64,000 nucleotides of DNA from Bacteroidales bacterium (lineage in GTDB: Bacteria > Bacteroidota > Bacteroidia > Bacteroidales > UBA932). The position numbers were made by a program, and so were the translations under genes. Under the pieces are notes generated by a model, which was given only the letters and a program-made list of their open reading frames with translations, had not been told where the DNA came from and did not search any database. Shown here in pieces: positions 1-8,558 of the stretch (position 1 is its first letter; every line of letters begins with the position of its first letter). The stretch is taken from assembly GCA_015060335.1 (NCBI GenBank), contig SUYR01000017.1, positions 36-64,035 of the forward strand, given 5' to 3'.

Positions 1-318
1 CGTATAAAGACATTTGGGGAAGACCATGTCTTTATCGGCATAGGTCCATATACCGAATTCATATGCTATGCGAAATGGTCTATTGACAACAGGAAAGTTG
101 ACCTTCTTGAAATCCACACCAGTGGAGAGCCTATGATCCAGGACACTCAGTCAGGCCTTGGAGCCATCGTCGGTTATGAGTTCGGAATGGGAATCGGCAT
201 AGATTTCTCATATAAGATATGCTGTTACAACATACTGCAGCCGAACACATCCCAAGGAGTGTCACTTTACCCGCAGACCATTTCCGTCGGACTTTCGTAT
301 AAATGGGGAAAGAGATGA
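1..318 (+). CDS. Outer-membrane beta-barrel (porin-family) protein, 5'-truncated by the window edge
   Basis: Frame 1 is open from base 1 (RIKTFGEDHVFIGIGPY...) to TGA at 316-318. Amphipathic beta-strands (GAIVGYEF, ISVGLSYKW). Stop overlaps the next start (ATGA). Confidence 0.6.
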   Translation, partial: RIKTFGEDHVFIGIGPYTEFICYAKWSIDNRKVDLLEIHTSGEPMIQDTQSGLGAIVGYEFGMGIGIDFSYKICCYNILQPNTSQGVSLYPQTISVGLSYKWGKR

Positions 319-1457
319 ACAGAAAGATAATTATTGCCATATTCCTGTTCATTATGACCGTAGCGCCATCTCACGCAAAGGATTCCACCGAAGTCAGTAA
401 GGATGGGGTTATGAAGCGCTATTGGCAGACTCTGATTCATGGGAATATCGACAGGACACACGAGAAGCCTTTTGATGTGAGTTTTGCCCTCGCACCGTCC
501 TATTCAAGAGAGGGCGGCATCGGATTCGGCGGATCTGCGACTGGGTTATACCGTATGGATATGAGGGATTCAACTATGGCCCCGTCAAACGTCACGATCG
601 GAGCAAACGCCTCACTGAAAGGTTTCTTTTCCCTTATCGGCAACGGGACCAACTACTTCACAGACGGCAGGACGCGGTTGATATACAGTGCAAAGTTTAC
701 ACGAAAGGTTCTTGACTTCTGGGGAATAAGCCATGGAGCCTGTCTGGTGAATCCGACCTCCGAATATACCAGGACACAGTTCAGGATAGATGCAGACTAC
801 AATTACAGATTTGGGAAATCCTTCTATTTTGGAGCCGTCATGAGCTTCAATCATACAAACGCCTCACGAATCCTGGACCGGACTTATCTTGAAGGACAGA
901 AGATAGGCTATTATCTTACGGGCATCGGAGCATCGTTCCAGATAGACACAAGAGACAATCCCACCAATCCGCAGAAGGGCCTGTATCTATTGCTTCGTGA
1001 AACTGTTTACCCTAAATTTCTGGGTACGGCAGATTTGACGAACTGGGCAACATCTTTCATCCTGAGCGGATACCAATCGATATGGAAAGGCGCTTTGATA
1101 ACAGGAGATATTTATGCACAATTCAACAGCCATGATGCGCCATGGATACTGCGTGAAGAACTCGGAGGCGCTATGGGAAGAATGAGAGGATATTACGCAG
1201 GAAGATTCATTGACACCAATCAGGTCTGTGCACAGATAGAACTTCGCCAGCACTTAGCCTCCAGATTCGGATGCGTGGCTTGGGTGGGTGCCGGAACAGT
1301 ATTCCCGTCACTTAAAGGTTTTGCATGGAAGAATATCCTGCCGAACTACGGTGTGGGTCTTCGCGTAGAATTCAAGCACAACATGAACCTGAGAGTGGAT
1401 TTCGGATTTGGAAAGGAGACTGCGGGCCTATGTTTTGGATTTGGAGAGGCATTCTGA
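315..1457 (+). CDS. BamA/TamA (Omp85)-family outer-membrane protein without obvious POTRA domains
   Basis: Signal peptide, MRGYYAGRF motif and C-terminal GVGLR...RVDFGFG...FGEAF. Start placed at ATG 315 because of the ATGA overlap. Confidence 0.8.
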   Translation: MNRKIIIAIFLFIMTVAPSHAKDSTEVSKDGVMKRYWQTLIHGNIDRTHEKPFDVSFALAPSYSREGGIGFGGSATGLYRMDMRDSTMAPSNVTIGANASLKGFFSLIGNGTNYFTDGRTRLIYSAKFTRKVLDFWGISHGACLVNPTSEYTRTQFRIDADYNYRFGKSFYFGAVMSFNHTNASRILDRTYLEGQKIGYYLTGIGASFQIDTRDNPTNPQKGLYLLLRETVYPKFLGTADLTNWATSFILSGYQSIWKGALITGDIYAQFNSHDAPWILREELGGAMGRMRGYYAGRFIDTNQVCAQIELRQHLASRFGCVAWVGAGTVFPSLKGFAWKNILPNYGVGLRVEFKHNMNLRVDFGFGKETAGLCFGFGEAF

Positions 1458-2273
1458 TCAGTCCTTCGACAAGGACTGACGGTATGCTTTTGGAGACATA
1501 CCTTCGACCCTCTTGAAGTATTTGCCGAAGACAGACTGTGACGGGAAATCCAGCTCATCACTGATTTCCTGAATGGTCATCGATGTTGAAGAAAGACAAC
1601 TCTTGGCATAAAGGACTACGTGCTTCTCAATCCAATCAAGCGCAGTCATGCCGGTCTCCTGCTTGAGCATTGTCGAAAGATATTTGCTGGTCACGCAAAG
1701 TTTGTCTGCATAGAAGCCGATGTCACGCTGACTCTTGAAATTCTCGGCAACAAGTGACATGAATTTTTCACACTTTTCCTGCTGAGCAGTCATTGCTGAT
1801 GGCTGGCTCTGAAGACCGTGCATATAATATCCAAGGCCATAATAATGAGCAGAAAACAAGTGCCTTATAATTTCTTCTCTATATGGATTGTCTGGCTGCT
1901 TCATCAGACTGGAGATCTGTCTGTACACAGATGATAGGGCATCAAGAACTTCTTCCGAAACACTATAGAACTGCGTATCCTTGATAAAGAGTCTTTCCTG
2001 CAGGCTGACAGGCAGATTCAACGAATCCGTAAATTCCGGATTCATCACCATACCGAAGCCGGCAAAATCTTCATCGAGATCTATAGACTCGACAACCTGA
2101 CCGGGCAGAAAAAGAGCGACCGCAGGAGCTTTCAGAGCCCACATGCGGAAATCCACCAGACAGGAAAACTGCCCGGCGGTTATGACTATCTGGGTCACCT
2201 TCTCTATCTTATGCGGGAAGCGGAGCCCTTCCAGGATACTTCCGCTCTCCAAAAGTTCTATATCCTGCAACAT
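1458..2273 (-). CDS. AraC-family transcriptional regulator
   Basis: C-terminal AraC HTH (FYADKLCVTSKYLS...IQEISDELDFPSQSVFGKYFKRVEGMSPKAYR). Confidence 0.92.
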   Translation of the reverse strand: MLQDIELLESGSILEGLRFPHKIEKVTQIVITAGQFSCLVDFRMWALKAPAVALFLPGQVVESIDLDEDFAGFGMVMNPEFTDSLNLPVSLQERLFIKDTQFYSVSEEVLDALSSVYRQISSLMKQPDNPYREEIIRHLFSAHYYGLGYYMHGLQSQPSAMTAQQEKCEKFMSLVAENFKSQRDIGFYADKLCVTSKYLSTMLKQETGMTALDWIEKHVVLYAKSCLSSTSMTIQEISDELDFPSQSVFGKYFKRVEGMSPKAYRQSLSKD

Positions 2274-2390
2274 GACTCTGCAAATTTACTAAATCGGAAG
2301 AATTGAACAAACTACACTACGTATAAAGGGAAAATTGGAAGAATCTTGAAGAAAAATTGACCAGTTGACATTGTTCGATAAATCCGAAAT

Positions 2391-2474
2391 TAGTTACCAG
2401 TTACGTCATGCCCGGCTATAGTTACCAGTTACGTCATGCCCGGCTCTAGTTACCAGTTACGTCATGCCCGGCTC
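2391..2474. repeat. Three tandem copies of a 28-bp unit TAGTTACCAGTTACGTCATGCCCGGCT(A/C)
   Basis: Units read directly at 2391-2418, 2419-2446 and 2447-2474. Confidence 0.95.
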
Positions 2475-2561
2475 GACCGGGCATCTATGGTTATCAGGAT
2501 CTGTCATCATAATAGACTCAGAATAATCATGCCATTCGGGGTTGATTGTTTCAACCAATTG
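2457..2561 (-). pseudogene. Probable C-terminal remnant of a small GIY-YIG nuclease
   Basis: Minus strand reads QLVETINPEWHDYSESIMMTDPDNHRCPVEPGMT*. L-x-E-x-x-NPEW-x-D resembles the C-terminus of stand-alone GIY-YIG proteins. There is no start codon and an in-frame TGA precedes it. Confidence 0.55.
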
Positions 2562-2590
2562 TCAGATCCCCGAACAGGTCGGGGATGACG
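2460..2590. mobile_element. Inverted pair of CGTC-tagged REP-like palindromes enclosing a nuclease remnant (REPIN-like non-autonomous element)
   Basis: Left: CGTCATGCCCGG-CTCGA-CCGGGCATCT on + (2460-2486). Right: CGTCATCCCCGA-CCTGT-TCGGGGATCTG on - (2563-2590). Confidence 0.7.
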
Positions 2591-2629
2591 ATAAGTCCTG
2601 ACCTCGTCGGGGATGACGATAAATCCTGA
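2578..2629. repeat. Duplication with 28-bp period of GTCGGGGATGACGATAA(G/A)TCCTGA
   Basis: Copies start at 2578 and 2606. Confidence 0.9.
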
Positions 2630-2702
2630 TTTATGTGTGCAATATAGCGATATTATCTGAATTCAGATCTCAAACCTCACAGCTAAGTCTTCTGGTCCCG
2701 AC

Positions 2703-2846
2703 TTACTTTCCAGGCAGTTCAACTTGTTCAGGAAAAGACATATGCAACAGGTTGTAAATGAACTGTCCCATTCTAAGTTCAGGTGACCGACTATCAGCAA
2801 TATCTTGGACCCACGCCTCAAATTCTTCGAAAGGCAGCAGAATCAT
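2703..2846 (-). CDS. Possible small hypothetical protein (47 aa) or gene fragment
   Basis: Manual translation MILLPFEEFEAWVQDIADSRSPELRMGQFIYNLLHMSFPEQVELPGK*; below the ORF-track size cutoff. Confidence 0.3.
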   Translation of the reverse strand: MILLPFEEFEAWVQDIADSRSPELRMGQFIYNLLHMSFPEQVELPGK

Positions 2847-2935
2847 TGTTCTTAATTCACTTTTCGTATCAGATGATTTCTCAATGACAAGGGAAACATT
2901 TCACACTGCAAAATGCCGGTATAAAATATAGATGC

Positions 2936-2964
2936 AAAAGAGGATGACTTCAGTCACCCTCTTT
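2936..2964 (-). terminator. Intrinsic terminator after the DUF1080 gene
   Basis: AAAAGAGGATGAC-TTCA-GTCACCCTCTTT hairpin with a T-run on the - strand. Confidence 0.7.
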
Positions 2965-2983
2965 ATGCTATAGTCAGGAAGTG

Positions 2984-3880
2984 TTACTCCATTACCTTTA
3001 TGCGGATATTGCGATACCAGACATCATCTCCGTGATCCTGAAGGCCGATGTAACCTTTGCGCTCGGCGCCGCCACAGTTGTTGAGAAGTTCGAAGCCGAT
3101 AGGCCATCTCTCTGCGCTGAACTTGCTGTTCTGAAGCATGTCAGTCCACTGTGGAGTCCAAAGGTGGTATTCTACAACGTTGGCGTCATTTTGTCCATGA
3201 ACGACGGTGCCTTTATACACCATGATTCTTGCTTTGTTCCACTCTCCGAACGGATTCTGGTTCTGAGGCTTTGCCGGAATCATGTCATACAATGATGCTG
3301 ACTGTCTGTTACCGTCAATTCCAAGCATCGCGTCAGGATGATTTGCATTGTCAAGTACCTGATATTCAGGAGCAGAGATGTAGATAGGCTGATACTGTAA
3401 CGATCCGTCTTCCTTCTTCACTGCAGTCTCCTTCGCAAGGTAGAAGATACCGGAGTTTCCACCCTTGGAAACCTTCCACTCAAGCTCAAGAATGAAATTC
3501 TGGAACTGATGAGCGAAGATGAGGTCACCGCCTTCAGCTGTCTGTCCTTCACCCATACCTGTGCCACAGAACTTGATGCAACCGTCCTCTACAACCCATC
3601 TTGAAGGTATATGGTCTTTTCCATATCCTCTCCATCCCTGCATCTTCTCGTTTCCGTTGAAGATCACGTGATATCCGTCCTTGTCAACAGGAAAAGCGGA
3701 AAGTTCGACTTCGGGATTGTTTATTACTACGTATGCCGGGCAGTTAGGAGTTGCCGGCTCGTTAACTTCGATAAATGACTGCTCGCCTGTAAATTCAGGA
3801 TCGCCGATGACCAGCTGCTGCTGGTTGTTGCCACATGCTGTCATAATCAGTAGTGCTGATGCAAATAATGTCTTTTTCAT
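2984..3880 (-). CDS. DUF1080 (3-keto-disaccharide hydrolase family) lipoprotein
   Basis: Lipobox MTAC; motifs LEWKVSKGGNSGIF, PEYQVLDN, SLYDMIP, GEWN and IGLQDHGDDVWYRNIRIK. Confidence 0.9.
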   Translation of the reverse strand: MKKTLFASALLIMTACGNNQQQLVIGDPEFTGEQSFIEVNEPATPNCPAYVVINNPEVELSAFPVDKDGYHVIFNGNEKMQGWRGYGKDHIPSRWVVEDGCIKFCGTGMGEGQTAEGGDLIFAHQFQNFILELEWKVSKGGNSGIFYLAKETAVKKEDGSLQYQPIYISAPEYQVLDNANHPDAMLGIDGNRQSASLYDMIPAKPQNQNPFGEWNKARIMVYKGTVVHGQNDANVVEYHLWTPQWTDMLQNSKFSAERWPIGFELLNNCGGAERKGYIGLQDHGDDVWYRNIRIKVME

Positions 3881-3891
3881 GTTATTTATTT

Positions 3892-5382
3892 TTATTCTGT
3901 TGGCATATCAGGAAGTTTGTAGCCGTTCTGATATGTGTGTTTTATGAGTTCCTTTGCAAATTCACGAGCGTTTACAGGCTCTGTGTAAGTCTTGTTGAAT
4001 GTTGGGTGACCGTCCTTGATTGTGAAGCCGTCGCTGATGACAGTCCTGATGGTAGCATCAGCAGGAATATTGGTGAACTCCATCTTTTCTCCATCCCAGT
4101 CGAGCTCCATGTTGAGGTCCTGAAGGCGTACAGCAAGCACTCCCATTACGACCATTTCATTGAATGGACCGGCTTCGCTGAAGTCTGATGCTGAAGGAAC
4201 TCGTACTGAAGGATCTTCCTTGCAGGCACGAACCCAGTCCTGGATATGTCCGAGCGGAACTTCTCTGAGTACCTTAGGGGCCTCAGGAGTACGTCCGGAA
4301 AGGAGATATGGACTATCTCCGTAGCAACCTACTATCATCGTGTCCTTCGATCCGTAGAAGATGACACCTCCGCCGCTGGTGTTGAGGTTGACTCCGTCTG
4401 GAAGGTTATCCGGTCTTAGAGGCTTCAGACCACCGTCATACCAATGCACTTCCACTTCAGGCATAGCTACCTTTGGCATGTTGTCACGTGCTGGGAATGT
4501 GAACTTGATCTTCTGTGCATTAGGACATGATTCGTTCAGAAGGAGCGTGGATGTTCCCTGGACTTTGGTAGGGTAGCCGAGCTTAAGACCCTTGTGTACG
4601 CAGTGAAGAATATGACATGCCATGTCTCCGAGAGCACCTGTTCCGAAATCCCACCATCCTCTGAAGTTCCAAGGTGTGTAGATCTCATTATATGGTCTCA
4701 TTGGAGCTGGACCGATGAATGCTTCCCAGTTCAGTGTTGACGGTACTGGCTGCTCTTCTGCAGGACGCTCAAGACCTTGAGGCCATATAGGACGGTCCGT
4801 GAACGCTTCTACTCGTCTTACTTCTCCGATTTCTCCATTCCATATCCATTCGCATGCAAGTCTCAGCCCTTTGCTTGACGCTCCCTGGTTACCCATCTGG
4901 GTGGCTACCTTATGTTTTGCTGCAAGTTTTGTAAGCAGACGTGATTCATACACCGTATGAGTCAAAGGCTTCTCTACATATACGTGTTTGCCGGCTGCGA
5001 TGGCTTCTGCTGCAATGATTGCATGTGTGTGGTCAGCCGTTGCAACAACGACAGCATCGGCTTCTTCAAGAAGCTCTGCGTACATCACCCTGTAATCGTT
5101 GTACCGTTTCGCATTAGGATAGCGTTCGAAAATATGAGCAGCATATTTCCAGTCAACATCGCAAAGCCCGATGATCTCCTCTGTTTCGAGACCTCTGAGC
5201 ACTGATGCTCCTCTACCGCCGATACCGACTCCGAGGATCTTGAGCTTTCTGTCAAGTGGCTGTGGGGCCGCCTTCTTTTTCTTCTTAGACTGTCCCATCA
5301 TCATGGATGGAGCAACGGCCATTCCCATTGCTGCAGTCGTTCCCATTCTGAGGAACGAGCGTCTGGACATTTCTTTTTTCAT
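3892..5382 (-). CDS. Gfo/Idh/MocA-family oxidoreductase with Tat signal
   Basis: SRRSFL twin-arginine signal; GVGIGGRG Rossmann motif; HVYVEKPL; GALGDMACH. Confidence 0.92.
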   Translation of the reverse strand: MKKEMSRRSFLRMGTTAAMGMAVAPSMMMGQSKKKKKAAPQPLDRKLKILGVGIGGRGASVLRGLETEEIIGLCDVDWKYAAHIFERYPNAKRYNDYRVMYAELLEEADAVVVATADHTHAIIAAEAIAAGKHVYVEKPLTHTVYESRLLTKLAAKHKVATQMGNQGASSKGLRLACEWIWNGEIGEVRRVEAFTDRPIWPQGLERPAEEQPVPSTLNWEAFIGPAPMRPYNEIYTPWNFRGWWDFGTGALGDMACHILHCVHKGLKLGYPTKVQGTSTLLLNESCPNAQKIKFTFPARDNMPKVAMPEVEVHWYDGGLKPLRPDNLPDGVNLNTSGGGVIFYGSKDTMIVGCYGDSPYLLSGRTPEAPKVLREVPLGHIQDWVRACKEDPSVRVPSASDFSEAGPFNEMVVMGVLAVRLQDLNMELDWDGEKMEFTNIPADATIRTVISDGFTIKDGHPTFNKTYTEPVNAREFAKELIKHTYQNGYKLPDMPTE

Positions 5383-5476
5383 AATGCAGTTATTTAGCTG
5401 TGTTATTATTGTTGTGTTCTTGTGGAATGATATCTGAACCGTCGAATTTAGTGAAAATCTTGTAATATTCAGTTGA

Positions 5477-6253
5477 TTACATGGAGAAATCTATCACAAG
5501 TCCGTCATAGGCAGGTCTTATACCATCGGGAAGCTCTTCTGAAAGCAGCCTATGCTTCGGCAGCTGGTGGGACATGTGTGTCAGCCACGTATTTCGTGCT
5601 CCGACCCGCCTTGCAACTTCGATTGCCCCTTCAAGAGAGAAATGTGATATATGTCTTCCTCTCCTGACGCAGTTTATTATAAAATGTTCCAGCCCTTCGA
5701 GTTTGGAGAATTCTTCTTCAGGAATATGATTCATGTCCGTGCAATATGCAATATCTCCGAATCTGTATCCGAGGACGGGAAGTCTGAAATGCATTCCGCG
5801 TATAGGGACAATCGTGACCCCTTTGATCGAAAACGGTTGCTCGTCAATGATATGTACTTCCCATTCCGGAGCTCCCGGATATTTGTTTTCTGCGAAAGCA
5901 TATGAATATTCCATTCGAAGAGACTCCTCGACATATTTCTCACAATAGATCTGAGTCGCCTTCTTTTCCAGATAATTGAAAGCTCTGATATCGTCAAGTC
6001 CTCCTGTGTGGTCTTTGTGATTATGTGTCAGCAGGATAGCATCAACGTTTGTGATGCCTTCGCGGAGCATCTGGTATCTGAAATCCGGTCCTGCATCGAC
6101 CAGGATCTTCAGTCCTTCGTACTCGACAAATACACTGGATCTGAGCCTCTTGTCTTGAGGATCTGTACTTGAACATACTTCGCAGCCGCAGCCTATCATA
6201 GGAATTCCCTGAGATGTCCCGGTGCCAAGAAAAGTCAGTTTAGCCTTGCTCAT
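5477..6253 (-). CDS. MBL-fold metallo-hydrolase (PhnP-like)
   Basis: FLGTGTSQGIP-x-IGC-x-C-xx-C and THNHKDHTGGLDD. Confidence 0.9.
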   Translation of the reverse strand: MSKAKLTFLGTGTSQGIPMIGCGCEVCSSTDPQDKRLRSSVFVEYEGLKILVDAGPDFRYQMLREGITNVDAILLTHNHKDHTGGLDDIRAFNYLEKKATQIYCEKYVEESLRMEYSYAFAENKYPGAPEWEVHIIDEQPFSIKGVTIVPIRGMHFRLPVLGYRFGDIAYCTDMNHIPEEEFSKLEGLEHFIINCVRRGRHISHFSLEGAIEVARRVGARNTWLTHMSHQLPKHRLLSEELPDGIRPAYDGLVIDFSM

Positions 6254-6259
6254 AACTGT

Positions 6260-7507
6260 TTATATTTCAATTTCTGCGATTTTCCCAATCATGTCAGGGT
6301 CATACGGTCTGGATACGCGGATATAGTTTCCTGTGTATCCTTCCATCATCCCTTTTCTGTCAGTACTTTCAAACAGAACTTTCTCTTTTATACCCTTGTT
6401 TGATAAGATGAATTCCTCGTGGAGTCTCTGGCAAAGTTCTTCCAGCATCTGCACTCTTTTGGTCTTTATGCAGTCCTGTACCTGGTCTTTTCTTTCCGCC
6501 GCAGGTGTACCTGAGCGACGTGAATATGGGAATATATGTATGAAGGCCGGACGGATTACGTTGCAGAGATAGTTGTATGTTTCCATGAAAAGTTCATCGG
6601 TTTCTCCAGGGAAGCCTACAATCACGTCAATACCGAAGAATACTCTGGGACCGCCGGGAACTTCGCTACGGGATCTGATATATGCTATCTTCTGCGCAAA
6701 AGCAGCTGTATCATACCGTCTTCCCATAGCCTTCAGGATGGTGTCACAACCGGATTGGAGCGGTATATGGTAGTGTGGAAGGAATTTTGTTCCGGAAGTT
6801 ATCCAGTCTATCATTTCATGTGTGAGCAGGTTAGGCTCAATGGATGAAATCCTGTATCTCTCGATTCCTTCAACATCGTTCAGTCTCCTTATCAGATCGA
6901 AAAATGTCTCTCCTGTGCTTCTTCCGAAATCTCCTGTATTCACTCCTGTCAGTACGATTTCAACAATTCCTTCTGCAGCAATCGCCTCTGCCTGGGGAAT
7001 AATTTCGTCAATAGCAATGTTCCTGCTTTCTCCGCGGGCATATGGGACCGTACAATATGCGCATTTGTAATCGCATCCGTCCTGTACCTTCAGAAATGAC
7101 CTTGTTCTCTCTCCTGAAGAAAATGCAGGGAAGAATGTCCCGGGAATGTATATGTCTGCCTTCTGCCCCTTAACATCTGCAAGAATAGTAGGAACGATCC
7201 TGCCTTTCTCTTCCGCACCGAAAACAGCTGTTACCCCCTCTATAGCTTCTATCTCAGCTTTTTTGAGCTGGGCATAGCATCCTGTGACATAGATGCGCGC
7301 ATCAGGGGATATTCTATGCAGTTTTCTGATGATATTGCGGCTCTTCTTGTCGGAATGCTCAGTTACCGTGCATGTGTTTACGAGAAATATGTCCGCTCCC
7401 TTGCTCCATGGTACGGTCTCAAAGCCCTCAGCCACGAGTTTTCTTTCATAGGTTGAGGTTTCGGCATAGTTCAGTTTGCATCCAAGTGTTATGTAAGCTG
7501 TCTTCAT
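6260..7507 (-). CDS. mtaB: tRNA t6A37 methylthiotransferase MtaB
   Basis: TLGCKLN, NTCTVT, radical-SAM CDYKCAYC, C-terminal GYTGNYI. Confidence 0.92.
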   Translation of the reverse strand: MKTAYITLGCKLNYAETSTYERKLVAEGFETVPWSKGADIFLVNTCTVTEHSDKKSRNIIRKLHRISPDARIYVTGCYAQLKKAEIEAIEGVTAVFGAEEKGRIVPTILADVKGQKADIYIPGTFFPAFSSGERTRSFLKVQDGCDYKCAYCTVPYARGESRNIAIDEIIPQAEAIAAEGIVEIVLTGVNTGDFGRSTGETFFDLIRRLNDVEGIERYRISSIEPNLLTHEMIDWITSGTKFLPHYHIPLQSGCDTILKAMGRRYDTAAFAQKIAYIRSRSEVPGGPRVFFGIDVIVGFPGETDELFMETYNYLCNVIRPAFIHIFPYSRRSGTPAAERKDQVQDCIKTKRVQMLEELCQRLHEEFILSNKGIKEKVLFESTDRKGMMEGYTGNYIRVSRPYDPDMIGKIAEIEI

Positions 7508-7875
7508 TGCTCAGAAGTTAAAGTGATTCTGGACCATTGTACCGGTCCACCTACCGGAGGCCTTCTCTTGGAAATTCTTACGGAGAATCTTGTAAATTCA
7601 GGGAAACTGTTCCTGATGGACTTTACGATCCTTCCAGCCACATGCTCCAGCAGGTCTGATGGTATCTCCATTTCAGACTTGACCAGATCATAGATGGCTC
7701 CATAATTCACAGTATCATCCAGATTGTCGGTTTCTGCCGCTTTCCTCATGTCTATTTCTCCTTTGAAATCCACAAGAAACAGATTACCGTCCTTCTTTTC
7801 TCGCTCCAGACATCCGTGATATGCCCAGAATCGCATATCTTCCAGTTCAATTATGCCAATATCAGAAATACACAT
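7504..7875 (-). CDS. folB: Dihydroneopterin aldolase
   Basis: IELEDMRFWAYHGC, DTVNYG, LLEHVA, K-x-x-PP. Start uncertain; ATG at 7875 chosen, overlapping the upstream gene. Confidence 0.88.
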   Translation of the reverse strand: MCISDIGIIELEDMRFWAYHGCLEREKKDGNLFLVDFKGEIDMRKAAETDNLDDTVNYGAIYDLVKSEMEIPSDLLEHVAGRIVKSIRNSFPEFTRFSVRISKRRPPVGGPVQWSRITLTSEQ

Positions 7876-8558
7876 GGTCTTTTTCCTATTATCAAACCTT
7901 CTTTTTTCCATGATGAGACCTTTCTGGTCTTGATATATGCATCAGGCATTGTTATATTGGCAGCCACGCATACCTTTGTCGTAGGGGCGCATACAGCAAG
8001 GATATCGTTGAAAAGAGAGTCATTCCTGTATGGCGTCTCGATCAATATCTGAGTCTGTTTCAACTGCCCTGATATTTTCTCCAGCTGGCGCAATCTGCTG
8101 CGTCTCTCATCTGTTTTGGCAGGAATGTATCCGCAGAATGCAAATGACTGTCCGTTCAGCCCTGATGCCATAAGAGCAAGCATCAGTGATGAAGGTCCCA
8201 CTGCCGGAATGACCTCGATATTGTGAGAGTGGGCGAGCGCAACCAGCTGGGCACCCGGATCTGCAACAGCAGGAAGTCCTGCTTCCGATATAAGAGCCAC
8301 ATCATTCCCGTTGTCAAAAAGTTTCAGATAGCTTTCTACAGTTGCGGAATCCGTATGCTCATTCAGTTCGTGGAATTCCAGTTCGCCGATCTTACCTTTC
8401 AGTCCGGCACGTGAGAGGTAACGCCTTGCCGTGCGGATTTCCTCTACCACGAATGTTCTGAAATGCTGTAGCGAAAGAAGTACAGGACCCGGAATCACCT
8501 CAGTCGGGTCATTGTCCCCAAGTGGGGACGGTATCAGGTATAGTTTTCCCTTATCCAT
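7851..8558 (-). CDS. RsmI-like SAM-dependent (tetrapyrrole methylase family) methyltransferase
   Basis: GKLYLIPSPLG, ISEAGLPAVADPG, GPSSLMLALMASG, IETPYRN. Confidence 0.88.
   Translation of the reverse strand: MDKGKLYLIPSPLGDNDPTEVIPGPVLLSLQHFRTFVVEEIRTARRYLSRAGLKGKIGELEFHELNEHTDSATVESYLKLFDNGNDVALISEAGLPAVADPGAQLVALAHSHNIEVIPAVGPSSLMLALMASGLNGQSFAFCGYIPAKTDERRSRLRQLEKISGQLKQTQILIETPYRNDSLFNDILAVCAPTTKVCVAANITMPDAYIKTRKVSSWKKEGLIIGKRPCVFLILA

Noticed and set aside
2391-2474. Possible CRISPR array (28-bp repeats)
   Set aside because: The units are directly adjacent with no spacers, and no cas genes are in the window.
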